Assembly (NCBI RefSeq): GCF_026571515.1
Contig: NW_026863975.1
Coordinates: 1 to 64,000 of the forward strand
Length of the DNA stretch: 64,000 bases
From: Ruditapes philippinarum
Lineage: Eukaryota
Direction: 5' to 3'
The position numbers and the translations under genes were made by a program. Shown one piece after another: positions 1 through 11,570 of the stretch; position 1 is the stretch's first letter; every line of letters begins with the position of its first letter. The notes below the pieces were generated by a model. The model was not told where the DNA came from. It did not search any database and was given only the letters and a program-made list of their open reading frames with translations.

Positions 1-1280
1 CCTATTTCTTACTTCTGAATGACAATGATGATTACTCCTAATCTTTAGGAACTTTAATCCAGATGAGACATTGCTCCATATGCAAAGTTATATCTGTTAG
101 CAAATGAAATATGTTAACGAAACAAATCATAATTCAGTATTCAAGAACTGCCCATCAGTTTCTGTTCTAAAATCATAATGTTTATTCTCGGAAATGGATT
201 GAATGACGAAAACAATTTTGTTAACATATGACGTAACAAAATGTATCGCGCTTTTTATAGATAATTCCGCTTTCGGAATTGCACGGTCGGTGGCATAATT
301 TAAGTGACATTTGCAAATTTTTTGTTTTTGTTTTTCACTTGATTTATTTTTTTATATATATATATTAGGCGTCTTTGTTTTAGCGTTTTCGAAAAGTTGT
401 AAATCTAACAGTGAACATAACTCAGTATATAGATTTCTAGATCTAGATACAATATCACCATACTGTACACTATATTAGATCTGTATATAGATATGACCGA
501 GCACTTAAAAACTTGCTTGCATGATTTCAGTCCGGCCATATTCCCTAGCCATGAAAGATAACTCCCTGTTTCCCTGTCTAAAATACCACCAAATTATTCC
601 CCTTTCAAATGAACTCAAAGAAGGGACCTTTTAAAAAGACTTTGTAGATTCTATTTATTTATTCAATTTTTTGTTCAGAAACGGACAATTTTTTCTTTAC
701 CTTTGTTTAATTTGCTTTCTATCTATATATGGTTCCTTTGGTAAACATATGAGTTTTGATGGTAAACAAATGAATTTTCTGAACCGAAAGTAATCTAACA
801 CACAGCGTTGCTGTCATCACATGACGTAAACAATACATTAAATCGGTAAGAATATTGAGATATTTGTTTGACTATCAGTTTCAAATGCAAACTACTAATA
901 TGGAAAAAACAACTTTGTGTAGTTTATGTGTATTGTTTTAATGCGTTTGTCTGATATTTTAGTTGTAAAAGCCATGTACACTTAGTGTTGCTTCATAGCA
1001 ACCGAGCTTAAAACGTGAGCGGTAACTGAACGAGATATGACAAAGCGCATGCTCGCGCACTGACTTCCGCTCTATCGAAAATACTGCATATACGTATATA
1101 GCGAAAGTTCGTAAGTGCCGAGTGAACCATGAACAGAATTTTGAAGCTCCTAGATCTATATAATGTTTTGACCGATATGACTGGATCTAAATTACGCAAC
1201 ATTTGGTACATTTTTTTCAGGTAATATTGTGTTGGAGGCATGCAGCTGCGGTGGCACATATGTCACATGTGTTTGTTTTT

Positions 1281-1881
1281 TATTTATCTCGTGCGCACGA
1301 GATAAATAGTCATGGCCACGAGTTACTAAGTCATGGCGACAAGATAATTCAGTGGTGCGTACGAGATACTATGTCGTGGCCACGAGCTACTAAGTCGTGG
1401 CCACGAGATAATTCAGTGGCGCGCACAAGATACTATGCCGTGGTCACGAGTTACTAAGTCGTGGCCACGAGATAATTTAGTGGTATGCACGAGAAACTAT
1501 TTCGTGGCCACGAGATACTATGTCGTGTTTTCTCGTGGAAACGAGTTACTTAGTCGTGGCAATGAGATAATTCAGTTCTGCGCACGAGATACTATGTCGT
1601 GGCCACGAGCTACTAAGTCGTGGCCACGAGATAGTTCAGTGGCGCGCACAAGATACTATGCCGTGGTCACGAGTTACTAAGTCGTGGCCACGAGATAATT
1701 TAGTGGTATGCACGAGAAACTATTTCGTGGCCACGAGATACTATGTCGTGTTCTCTCGTAGAAACGAGTTACTTAGTCGTGGCAATGAGATAATTCAGTT
1801 CTGCGCACGAGATACTATGTCGTGCCCAAGAATTACTAAGTCGTGGGAACGAGATAATTAAGTCGTGCGCACGAGATAATT
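1281..1881. repeat. Minisatellite of ~21-22-bp units centred on the palindrome TCGTGGCCACGA, with a 223-bp higher-order period
   Basis: Recurrent gtcgtggccacgag+(atactat/ttactaa/ataattca). The blocks starting at 1435 and 1658 are near-identical. The array opens with a perfect 28-bp palindrome at 1281-1308. Confidence 0.9.
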
Positions 1882-2895
1882 GACAAATCAGATTAAACTA
1901 TTTGTACAAATTTTCCTGGTTATCTAGACATGTGCTATAGAACAATAATGCTCAAACTTCAACTCTGCCTGTCAAAGTGACATTTATACAAATTTTTAAT
2001 TGGATATTGATTTTACTTTTAGCGTTATTGTGATCCTGATCTTTTACCCAATGACCTCAAAAATAATTACGTGTCATCTACTGAAATCTTTTAAGGTTAT
2101 TTACCTTTTAACAATACGATTTTTCCATAGCAACCTATGTTGCATTTCGCGCATGCGCATTCTGCGTAGGGCAAAAGCGCAATAACGATAGACTACATTT
2201 AGCGTACTTGAAGGCTATGAAAGACGCGATTATAGGTTATGTCACCCAGAAAACAGATTTTTTTTTATGAATTAAAGCGGTCAGTTCTTATAACGTGAAT
2301 AGTTCAGTACCGGGACGTTTTAGTACCATGATATATTTAATCACATAAAATTATGAAATTATCGTAATTTAAGTTACTTTTTAATAATACCATCAATGTT
2401 TATTAATTTTGTGAAGTGACAATTAAATAGTGTACGTGGCGTGCATTTTAATGTTTTACGAGAAACCGGATAAATTGTGTGTTATTTCATAACCCATCTT
2501 AATCTATAAAGAGTTTGAAACATTATTTAAATGAATAATTTTAAAAATACACGAAAGACTTTTGTTCGTAAACTGAATATGTTTAATATTGTATTAAGAT
2601 ATAACGTCAAGATAGGGTATTGTTTACCTTGCAAAGTACCGGGTCAATTAAATTACGATTGTATAATTGAAGTACTAGCATATCTATTTCAAAATTTACT
2701 GCTACCCATAGTATGATTTAAAAAGTTAACTTGGATCATTCCTGCATGGATATTGCTAATGCTTTTAATTTCATTATACTACTGTCGTTATGAATAAGGT
2801 TGCACACACGTATTTATTTATTCCCCAGATTAAACATTAAACCCAATCATTATGCCCCCATTTCGAAGAAAAGGGGGTATATTGCTTTGCACTTG

Positions 2896-3163
2896 TCAAC
2901 ACAGGATTGGAGCAGTACCTCTAGACGCTTGCAGAAATCATGATCACAAAATAGACAAATATCGTTTTTTTCGCCGAATTTTACATTTTTCCTTGATTAT
3001 CGTACTTGATTCGGTGTGAAAAAATGAATTAGACCTGTTTAAGTTCATTCCGTTGGGTAAAAAAGACAAGATTTTAGCATTTTATCATTCAAGCGCCTTG
3101 TCCGGTATATACCGGAATACGGTATTTAGTGTGGTGCTCCAATCCCTTTTTTTAGTCACAGCC
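2896..3163. mobile_element. ~270-bp insertion flanked by a 17-bp direct duplication, with 11-bp subterminal inverted repeats
   Basis: atattgctttgcacttg occurs at 2879-2895 and 3164-3180. ggattggagca (2904-2914) is the reverse complement of tgctccaatcc (3135-3145). Confidence 0.7.
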
Positions 3164-3215
3164 ATATTGCTTTGCACTTGGTCGGTCAATCGGTCCGTCG
3201 GTCCGTAGACCAAAT

Positions 3216-5070
3216 GGTTTCCGAGTGATAACTAAAGAACCCTTAGGCCTAGGAACTTCAAACTTGGTATGGGGTGATTGGTCATGACCAGCAGATGACC
3301 CCTATTGTTTTGGGGTCAAGGGGTCAAAGGTCAAGGTCACATTGACCTTGTAAGCAAAAACGGTTTCCGATCAATAACTAAAGAACCTTAAAGCCTAGGA
3401 ACTTCAAACTTGGTATGGTGATTGATCATGATCAGTAGGATGACCCCCTATTGATTTTTAGGGTCAAGGGGTCAAAGGTCAAGGTCACATTGACCTCTTG
3501 GGTAAAAACGGTTTCCGATCAATAACAAAGAACCCTTAGGCGTAGGGACTTCAAACTTGATATGGTGATTGGTCATGATCAGTAGATGACCCCTATTGAT
3601 TTTGGGGTCAAGGGGTCAAAGGTCAAGGTCACATTGACCTCCTAGGTAAAAACGGTTTCCGATCAATAACTAAAGAACCCTTAGGCCTAGGAACTTCAAA
3701 CTTGGTATGGTGATTGGTCATGACAAGCAGATGACCCTATTGATTTTGGGGTTAAGGGGTCAAAGGGCAAGGTCACATTGACCTTGTTAGGTAAAAATGC
3801 TTTCCGATCAATAACTTAAGACCTTAGGCCTAGGAACTTCAAACTTGGTATGGTGATTGGTCATGACCAGCAAATGACCTATGGATTTTGGGGTCAAGGG
3901 GTCAAAGGTCAAGGTCACATTGACCTCTTGGGTAAAAACGGTTTCCGATCAATAACAAAAGAACCCTTAGGCGTAGGGACTTCAAACTTGATATGGTGAT
4001 TGGTCATGATCAGTAGATGACCCCTATTGATTTTGGGGTCAAGGGGTCAAAGGTCAAGGTCACATTGACCTCTTAGGTAAAAACGGTTTCCGATCAATAA
4101 CTAAAGAACCCTTAGGCCTAGGAACTTCAAACTTGGTATGGTGATTGGTCATGACAAGCAGATGACCCCTATTGATTTTGGGGTTAAGGGGTCAAAGGGC
4201 AAGGTCACATTGACCTTGTAGGTAAAAATGCTTTCCGATCAATAACTTAAGAACCCTTAGGCCTAGGAACTTCAAACTTGGTATGGTGATTGGTCATGAC
4301 CAGCAGATGACCTATTGATTTTGGGGTCAAGGGGTCAAAGGTCAAGGTCACATTGACCTTGTAGGTAAAAACGGTTTCCGATCAATTAACTAAAAACGCT
4401 TAGGCCTAGGAACTTCAAACTTTGTATGATGATTGGTCATGACCAGCAGATGACCCCTATTGAGTTTTTGGTCAAGGGGTCAAAGGTCAAGGTCACATTG
4501 ACCTTGTAAGTAAAAACGGTTTCTGATCAATAACTAAAGAACGCTTCGGCCTAGGAACTTCAAACTTGGCATGGTGATTGGTCATGACCAGCAGATGACC
4601 CCTATTGATTTTGGGGATCAAGGGGTCAAATGTCAAGGTCACATTGACCTTGTAAGTAAAAACGGTTTCTGATCAATAACTAAAGAACGCTCTGGCCTAG
4701 GAACTTCAAACTTGGCATGGTGATTGGTCATGACCAGCAGATGACCCCTATTGATTTTGGGGTCAAAGGTCAAGGTCACATTGACCCTGTATGTTAAAAC
4801 GGTTTCCGATCAATTATAAAAGAACCCTTAGGCCTAGGAACTTCAAACTTAACATGGTGATTGGTCATGACCAGCAGATGACCCCTATTGATTTTGGGGT
4901 CAAGGGGTCAAATGTCAAGGTCAAATTGACCTTGTAGGTAAAAACGGTTTCTGATCAATTAACTAAAAATGCTTACGCCTAGGAACTTCAAACTTTGTAT
5001 GATGATTGGTCGTGACCAGCAGATGGCTCCTATTGAGTTTTGGGTCAAGGGGTCAAAGGTCAAGGTCATG
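3216..5070. repeat. Tandem satellite array, ~13 units of ~145 bp
   Basis: Unit starts (ggtttccgatcaataac) at about 3216, 3362, 3510, 3654, 3799, 3940, 4085, 4230, 4373, 4518, 4664, 4801 and 4946. Confidence 0.95.
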
Positions 5071-6038
5071 ACCAGTAGATACTTGATAACCCTTATTAAT
5101 TGTTTGATCACTGGGTCAGAAGTCATGCATAATAACTGTTAGTTGGAGCAATAGATTTCGGAACGTCATTTTCTGGTTGGGCATTCTCTTTTAAACATGA
5201 AAATGAAAGAAGTCCCCCAGGTGCAACCGTTAAAATTTGGAATGCAGGAACGATAACCACAGAGGAAACACCGACGTGTTAATTGCTGAAACCAGACGGA
5301 ACATTTGATTCATTTGGCTACGACGCAGAGAAAAAATATGGGGAGCTATCAGCCCAACATCTACACTCAGAATACTTCTTCTTCAGACATTTTAAAATGA
5401 AGCTCGTTGAGCCGTTTGGAAAGGTATAAAATAAGTAATTGAAACATAAGCTGATATAATTTTTGTGTTTAACTGCATATGTATTTGTATGGTACATGTT
5501 ATATATTTGCATAAGATTTTGTATAATAATGTAAGTAAAAAAATACAACAATTAATTTAATGTTACAGATTTAATGCAAACAACCGTTAGAAAAAGTCAT
5601 AATTCTACTAAATGTATTGTTCCCTTCTTACCAGGGTATTAAAAGGGATATGATGATTCTTGATGAGATTGGCAAGCAATTTCTAGCGGTAGATGTGTTT
5701 GCAATATCGTTGAAATATTTGCATGGTTGAGGATATGATGAAAATTGTGAACAAGCGACTAGTCGGCAAATTGAACCCCACTGATATCGGACGGGTAATA
5801 ACAGTTCCTACAATATGGTCGGATGCATCAAAGCAGTTTATTAGGGAGGCAGCGATAAAAGTTTGTATCTTAATTTAACTAAAATAAAAACGCCGACATA
5901 AGGAAGCAATCCCAAGTGTCATTTTCGAATGACGTAAAAAGACGTTAACATTGTAAACTACGTTTAAAAGTGAATTACCCTTGACTCGTTAAAATAAATT
6001 GAAAAGGTAACGATAAGCAAATTTCAGAAGTTTTATAT

Positions 6039-6470
6039 AATCAGACAAGCCACACAAACACGAACATTTAGTAATTTAATTTAATTGCAAACGTTTCGGC
6101 TATATGCCTTCATCAGTGCAAAACATAATAAAATTACCGGAAGCGACGTCATAACGGAACACGCGTTAAACGCGCGAAAAACGTTATGGCGTTTAGCGGC
6201 AAAACTATGATAACATGTAGAAACAAATATTTATGCTATAAATAAAGCTGGTACATGAATTAAAATGGATCAACAGTGATACAGATGTCTATTAGACAGT
6301 GTTAATAAAAATAAGATAATAGACAAACATATTAATATTCATGTAACCTATTATAAATCAAACAATACTTTATTATTTAGTCCATTTGGATTCCAAATAT
6401 AAAATAAAGTATTGTTTGATTTATAATAGGTTACATGAATATTAATATGTTTGTCTATTATCTTATTTTT
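6039..6470 (-). mobile_element. 5'-truncated Penelope-like retroelement fragment with inverted 5' segment and 13-bp TSD
   Basis: TSD agaagttttatat at 6026-6038 and 6471-6483. The minus strand reads PNGLNNKVLFDL* (6389-6351), resembling a GIY-YIG C-terminus. 69-bp inverted arms at 6306-6374 and 6403-6471. A hammerhead motif lies downstream. Confidence 0.8.
6085..6121 (-). ncRNA. Minimal type I hammerhead ribozyme (Penelope-type)
   Basis: The minus strand reads TTGCA CTGATGA A GGC ATATA GCC GAAAC GTT TGCAA. This gives the CUGAUGA and GAAA core boxes, a 3-bp stem II, a 5-bp stem I, and self-complementary AAACGTTT in place of stem III. Confidence 0.75.
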
Positions 6471-9141
6471 AGAAGTTTTATATCTCTTTCATGAGTTTAA
6501 GAGTTGAATGTCTTTAACATTTTAAAATGTCATTTCGAAAATTTGTGAAAGGTGTCAAATGTTGTTTTCTCACGGCGACATTCTTATCAAAGTTTCTTTG
6601 AAATAAGCCACTCTGTTCTACAGGGTGTACAGATCAGTTTGATGTTAAAATTTGTACCTTCCTTTTATACGTATTGCAATCAATATCATTTAATATTTTT
6701 TGAAATCTTCTCTGTGTATGAAGGTCTAGTAATCAGCAATGTGTCATACCTGGTTCATTTACATAAAGTTTTTATCAAGTTACAAATCTAAAAATGCCAA
6801 AATCCTGCATTAGGAATGGCTTTATGTAGAATCACGTGTATTTCATATTCTTACACCAAAATATTTGTTTATGTAAGCATTTTTACTTCTTTCTATTTGT
6901 TACAGACTGGCATTGACAATGACCAGCTTAGAATTGCTCTGGAACCCGAAGCTGCTTCAATATATTGCCGCCATTCACCAGTAGATGCATCGACAAGTGA
7001 GACTGAACTAGCAAATATCAAATCTTCCCATTGGTACCAAAATATATGGTTTTAGACACAGGAGGTATTAAAAAGTTTTAATACACTTTTTATAACACAC
7101 AGTAACACATTCAATGTGACACTTTACCAATCAATGAGTAAACGTCGACTGTTCAGGTACAATTCAAAATAACTTTTATAAAAGTAGAGCAGTTTTTTTA
7201 TATGTTACGCAGTTTAATTATTATATCCTTAATAAAAGTCATTATCATTTATTGGCAATTGACCATCATAATAGCAAATCTTTTTAAATATGTAAGTATT
7301 TTTGCTCCTTTTGACAATAAAAAGCAATATGTTACTTTAATGATTAAAAGTGTATGGAAACAAATTTCTACTTTTTTCTAAGCAGCGGCTTTCAAAGCAT
7401 TCTAAATCAATATAGTATTTGAATATATCTATTAGCTACATCATGGACCTTTGAAAGCATTTGAGGATTTCTTAAAGGAAATTGTTGGTGATACAGTATT
7501 CGAGTCTTTCAAAATGAAAGAAACTGAAGATTGGCTTTATATGGCACTTCAATTTGAATCAAAGAAAAGAGAGATCGAAATCAAATCACCGAGGTATATC
7601 ACCTTACGTTTACCCTTTTCTCTGATTGATTTATGTGAAAAGATAAATGGAATCCAGATTCAGGATGCAGTTGCTGCTCAAAGTATGCTGAAATAATAGA
7701 GATAGTCGGTGATAAACTTTAAACTCTCAAAAGTTTTTTTTTTTCTATATGTTTGGACAAACATTACAAAGAACAGTTGATCATGTAAAGTCTTTATTTA
7801 GAGAAAAAAATAAAAGAAGTTGGTATCATTCTTATGATTGGTGGGTTTTCAGAATCGAGATTGCTGCAACAAGCTTTAAAAGAAGCATTCCCGAATAAAG
7901 AAATTGTCGTTCCATTAAAACCCTTCATCGTGTGTACTTAGAGGTGCCTTAATATATGGCCATACACCTTTGACGATTAATAGCAGAATTCTTAAGTATA
8001 CATACGGCACAGAATCAAATACAAAAATTTAAAGAAGGTTATCTCCCAGATCAAAAGAAAATGAATTCGGATGCCGGCATTAGGTGTAAAGATATCTTTG
8101 CAATATTTGTTGGGAAAAATACCGTAGTTAAAGCAAAAGATACGTACTTCAAAAAACAATTTACGACACTTAGAAAGTATCAAAAAGCAATGAGTATAAG
8201 ATGTTTCCTATCAGAGAAGACTAATCCAAGATATGTTAATGAAGATGGATGTTTAAAAATAGGAAAAATTAGAATAAATCTTGACAATCCGGACGAAAAG
8301 TTTAGACCGCACAGTTAGTGTCTATATGGTGTTTGGTGATACAGAAATCACGGTGGATGCAGAGGATGAAAGAACCGGGAATAAAACAAGAGCAGTTATT
8401 GATTTTCTAGGATAAGGCCGAGATGTAATTAAAGGAATGATTCATCAATCGTTTAAAACCTAAAGCAAGGAAAATGTATATATAAGAAAATATGTATTTG
8501 ATTTATAGGCTTTCAAAAAAAAAGTTTATTCATAAAATTAAATTTATTGATTTTTTTGACGTGACAGGCTTAAGTTATGTACACCGCGAAAACTACGTCT
8601 TTAATTTCATAACTCTAATTAGTTAAACTTACCTAAAAATAATGATAAACATATACTCAAAAACTAAATTATAGAATAATTATAATTAATTAATTATATT
8701 AACATAAAATATATATATAGATATTTTGCTGTAATCAAATATCTAATTTCAATGTAAATTTCTTTAAGATATCCAGTTTTAATGAAATCACATTTGAAAA
8801 TCAAATGCCATTTTTAACAATAAATTGGTAATCCGTTAAAAATATTTAAACTTGGAGATGGTTAACTATTTAATAAATTTTTAACATACTAAGGCGTGTA
8901 TGAAGATCTTTTGAAATGAATTGTATCCTCGCTGTAGTAAAAGCATTACACTGATATAGTTGGCAGTTCTTATAATTTCTATCAATGTTTCCAAATCTAC
9001 CAGTTCAATAAAAAGTTCATGAAACGAAAAAACTTATTTAGCAAGTTAGAGTAGAATCTTTAACATGGATTTTATCTTTTAAGTTATTTATCATATATAT
9101 ATATAGCTGACAATTTCGGGTTCGGATTACCAACTCGTTGA

Positions 9142-9357
9142 TTTGTTTGTTTGTTTCATTTTATGCCTTTTCCCAACAGTATTTCAGTCATATAGGGAGG
9201 GTAGTTTCCTAACCATCTTTCCTGGAGAGTTGCACCAGTACTAGACTACCTTTCTCCGTGCTAAACTACCAAAGCATCTCCCGGGGATCAAACCCACTCC
9301 AGAGAGGCTACTGGAATAGCAGTCATCGACTCTAACCCCTCGACCAACGGAGGCGGT
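9142..9357 (-). mobile_element. Degenerate tRNA-derived SINE
   Basis: (TTTG)n tail at the left, caacagtatttcagtcatat 3' module, central ccagtact, and reversed B-box/A-box-like head (gggatcaaaccc...ctctaacccctcgacc). Confidence 0.6.
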
Positions 9358-11096
9358 CACCATTCGTTGAAATATTAAAAAAGGAAACAAAATGTCTAAA
9401 TTAAGTATGAACAACGGTTAAAAGGATACTGTGAAAATTTAAAGCTTCTTGCGTTTTTTTTATAGTATCAAAACCCAAGTATCTCTAATGATCTAAGGAT
9501 AGCACAAAACATCCTGTCATCATAAGGACTGAATACACACTGTACTTTATACCCTTGGCTTAAAACATAACATAATGTGTATCATGAAATTCTTGAAATT
9601 AATGACAGGGGACGAAATACGTAGACTCGAAAATCAGGATACAAGACTGATTTGTTTCCAAATCACTTTGTTTCCAGATTTTTTACGCTTCACAACAGCA
9701 GTTGTTAAAATACTGGTCCTTCGGGATCATTGATGCCAGCACTATTAAGTGTTGATAATTGAGTAAATCAAGCCGGTGCTAAAGGCGTGAGGGATGTTGC
9801 ACTATTCCTTATCCTCATGTACAGACTCAATCAAACCGAGTCTGCAACTTTCATATAATTATGTTGTGGTTAATGCTTCCGAGGGATCACTTTGTTACCA
9901 GATTTTTACAACTTTTCTCTACCTGTTGTGCTTTGTTTCAAAGATCTTACATTTCATAATGGTGATACATTTCTCCCTGCAGGGTATATTGTTAATCTCA
10001 ATCAGCTATCAAGTTTACTATGCGTAAGGAGAATCATTGTTTAATCATTGTTTAAAACAGTAAGACTAATGAGCAGATTTTACGTTCATAAAATGTACAC
10101 TTTGCAAAATTAATTATCGAACTTTAATTCATATTGTAATTATATCATATAAGTCAAAGAAAAGTTTATTTCGCTGTCATACGAGCACAATATTTTGTTT
10201 ATTTTCTCATCTCACCTTTAATGAAAAACTACCTTATTAGTATGACATCGCAAGTGTGTTGGGAATTAACTAATTAAATTAAATTGTTAAAACGCAATCA
10301 TGGTCATTTTATATCCCATGCAAAATGCAACGGCACATTGTTGCATTGTAATATTTGTAATATTTTAATTTGCTACTTTGTTCCATTTTGACGTTCTTTT
10401 TATACAAGCGCATGTGTACATAAAAAGAAAACAATCCAAAAGTTGTATTAAATGTGAAAACACATAATTTTAAAAGTGTTTTCCTAATATCAGTTATTAA
10501 TTAACTAACTTATTAAATATCCATATTCTATGGCTTTTGTGTAAAATACCTGCTCATGTGTAACCAATATTTGTAAAACATCAATACTACAAATCAGCAA
10601 AAATGCAACAAGTCGAAAAATACGACAATGCAACAATACGAAAAGGTATACAAGCGAAAGTAAAAAGATAAGACAAGAAATACCGCAAAGACAAAATCAT
10701 GTGTATCAAGTTTGTCTCAGTGTTTCGTTCTTTTGGTTTTTTGGGCTCGAAAATACGAAAATGCAAACAAGGAAAGAAAAAGAACACATATACACAAAGA
10801 TATGAACAATTGAAAAAACGATTAAGAGTAAATTATAAATCAATCTCATTAGGTGTTATATCACTAAAAACAGAATACACAATTTAAAGGTGCATGCTTT
10901 TCAACTGTGTCATCTTGTCAGTATTTTTTAGCAATGTAGTTTTCATGGAACTTGAACCTAATGTTCAAATAATATTTGTTGCATTGACTTGCAACAGGCT
11001 TATGGTTCATGAAGCTTGATTAAAATCTTCCTGTGTAACAAAAATACTTCAACACAAAGTATAACCTCTTTTTAAAAAAGGAGGAATTCCGAACGG

Positions 11097-11181
11097 TTAT
11101 GTTGTCGACTCTGCGTCATCCGGATTAAAGTGATGATCTAAGTCTTCACGGACACTCCCCGATGCTTTTTGGTAGGTTTTA
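11097..11181 (-). pseudogene. Relic exon homologous to NLR coding exon 3
   Basis: After a ttttttag acceptor it reads KTYQKASGSVREDLDHHFNPDDAESTT*. 11165-11100 aligns ungapped to 61463-61528 (ALENAGEEIDQHLNKKDAESTT) at 47/66 nt by manual count. Confidence 0.6.
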
Positions 11182-11317
11182 CTAAAAAAAGAATATGGTT
11201 TAACTTTTTAACTGTAGATAAAAGTAATTAAAATGGCATGCCCCTTAAACAAAAGATTTTCATGATAAACTATGAAAATAATGCTTTCATATAATTATAA
11301 TTTTTAAAATGTTGACT

Positions 11318-11570
11318 TTGTTTATTTTTGGGGTTTACGTCTCATCGCCACAGTATAGGTCATATCCCGACGTTCCAGCTTTACTGGTGGAGGAAGACCT
11401 CAGATGCCCTTCCGTGCATTATTTCAGGCACGAACGGGCACCTGAGTAGAACCACCGACGTCCCGTAAGCTAGCTTGATAGATTCCTCACATGAAGGAAT
11501 CCAAAAGCCCTGTCGGGATTCTAACCCACAGCGGTGAGGGGCAAGTGGTTTGAAGTCAACGACCTTAAAC
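11318..11570 (-). mobile_element. tRNA-derived SINE (mollusc V-SINE-like), slightly 5'-truncated, with probable 8-bp TSD
   Basis: Body tataggtcatat...ccagcttt..ggtggaggaagac..gggcacctgagtagaaccaccgac..cctcacatgaag, then a reversed tRNA head ending gaagtcaacgaccttaa. tgttgact at 11310-11317 and 11571-11578. Confidence 0.75.

Larger units (their letters stand above)
2851..5075 (+). mobile_element. Satellite-carrying non-autonomous element (Helentron/HINE-like architecture), 3' end missing
   Basis: Starts tatgcccccatttcgaagaaaagggggtat (palindromic head), followed by a short GTCG/GTCC microsatellite (3181-3205) and an internal tandem array. This layout is typical of bivalve repeat-bearing elements. 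No matching 3' terminus was seen. Confidence 0.6.
5136..8415 (+). pseudogene. HSPA12: Heat shock 70 kDa protein 12 (HSPA12A/B-like) gene, disrupted; exon remnants ~5136-5423, 5635-5860, 6906-7064, ~7451-8415
   Basis: Translated motifs LLVGAIDFGTSFSGWAFSF, TPTC*LLKPDGTFDSFGYDAE, FFRHFKMKL, VITVPTIWSDASKQFIREAA, LRIALEPEAASIYC, YMVLDTGG, ILMIGGFSESRLLQ, VLRGALIYGH and FGDTEITVDAEDERTG...IDFLG*. The first two introns have GT-AG junctions. In-frame TAA at 5280-5282, several frameshifts, no start codon. Confidence 0.88.

Noticed and set aside
1281-1881. CRISPR-like array of palindromic repeats; ORFs 1203-1861
   Set aside because: The linkers are only ~9 nt and are themselves repeated, there are no cas genes, and the context is eukaryotic. 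The ORFs are repeat translations.
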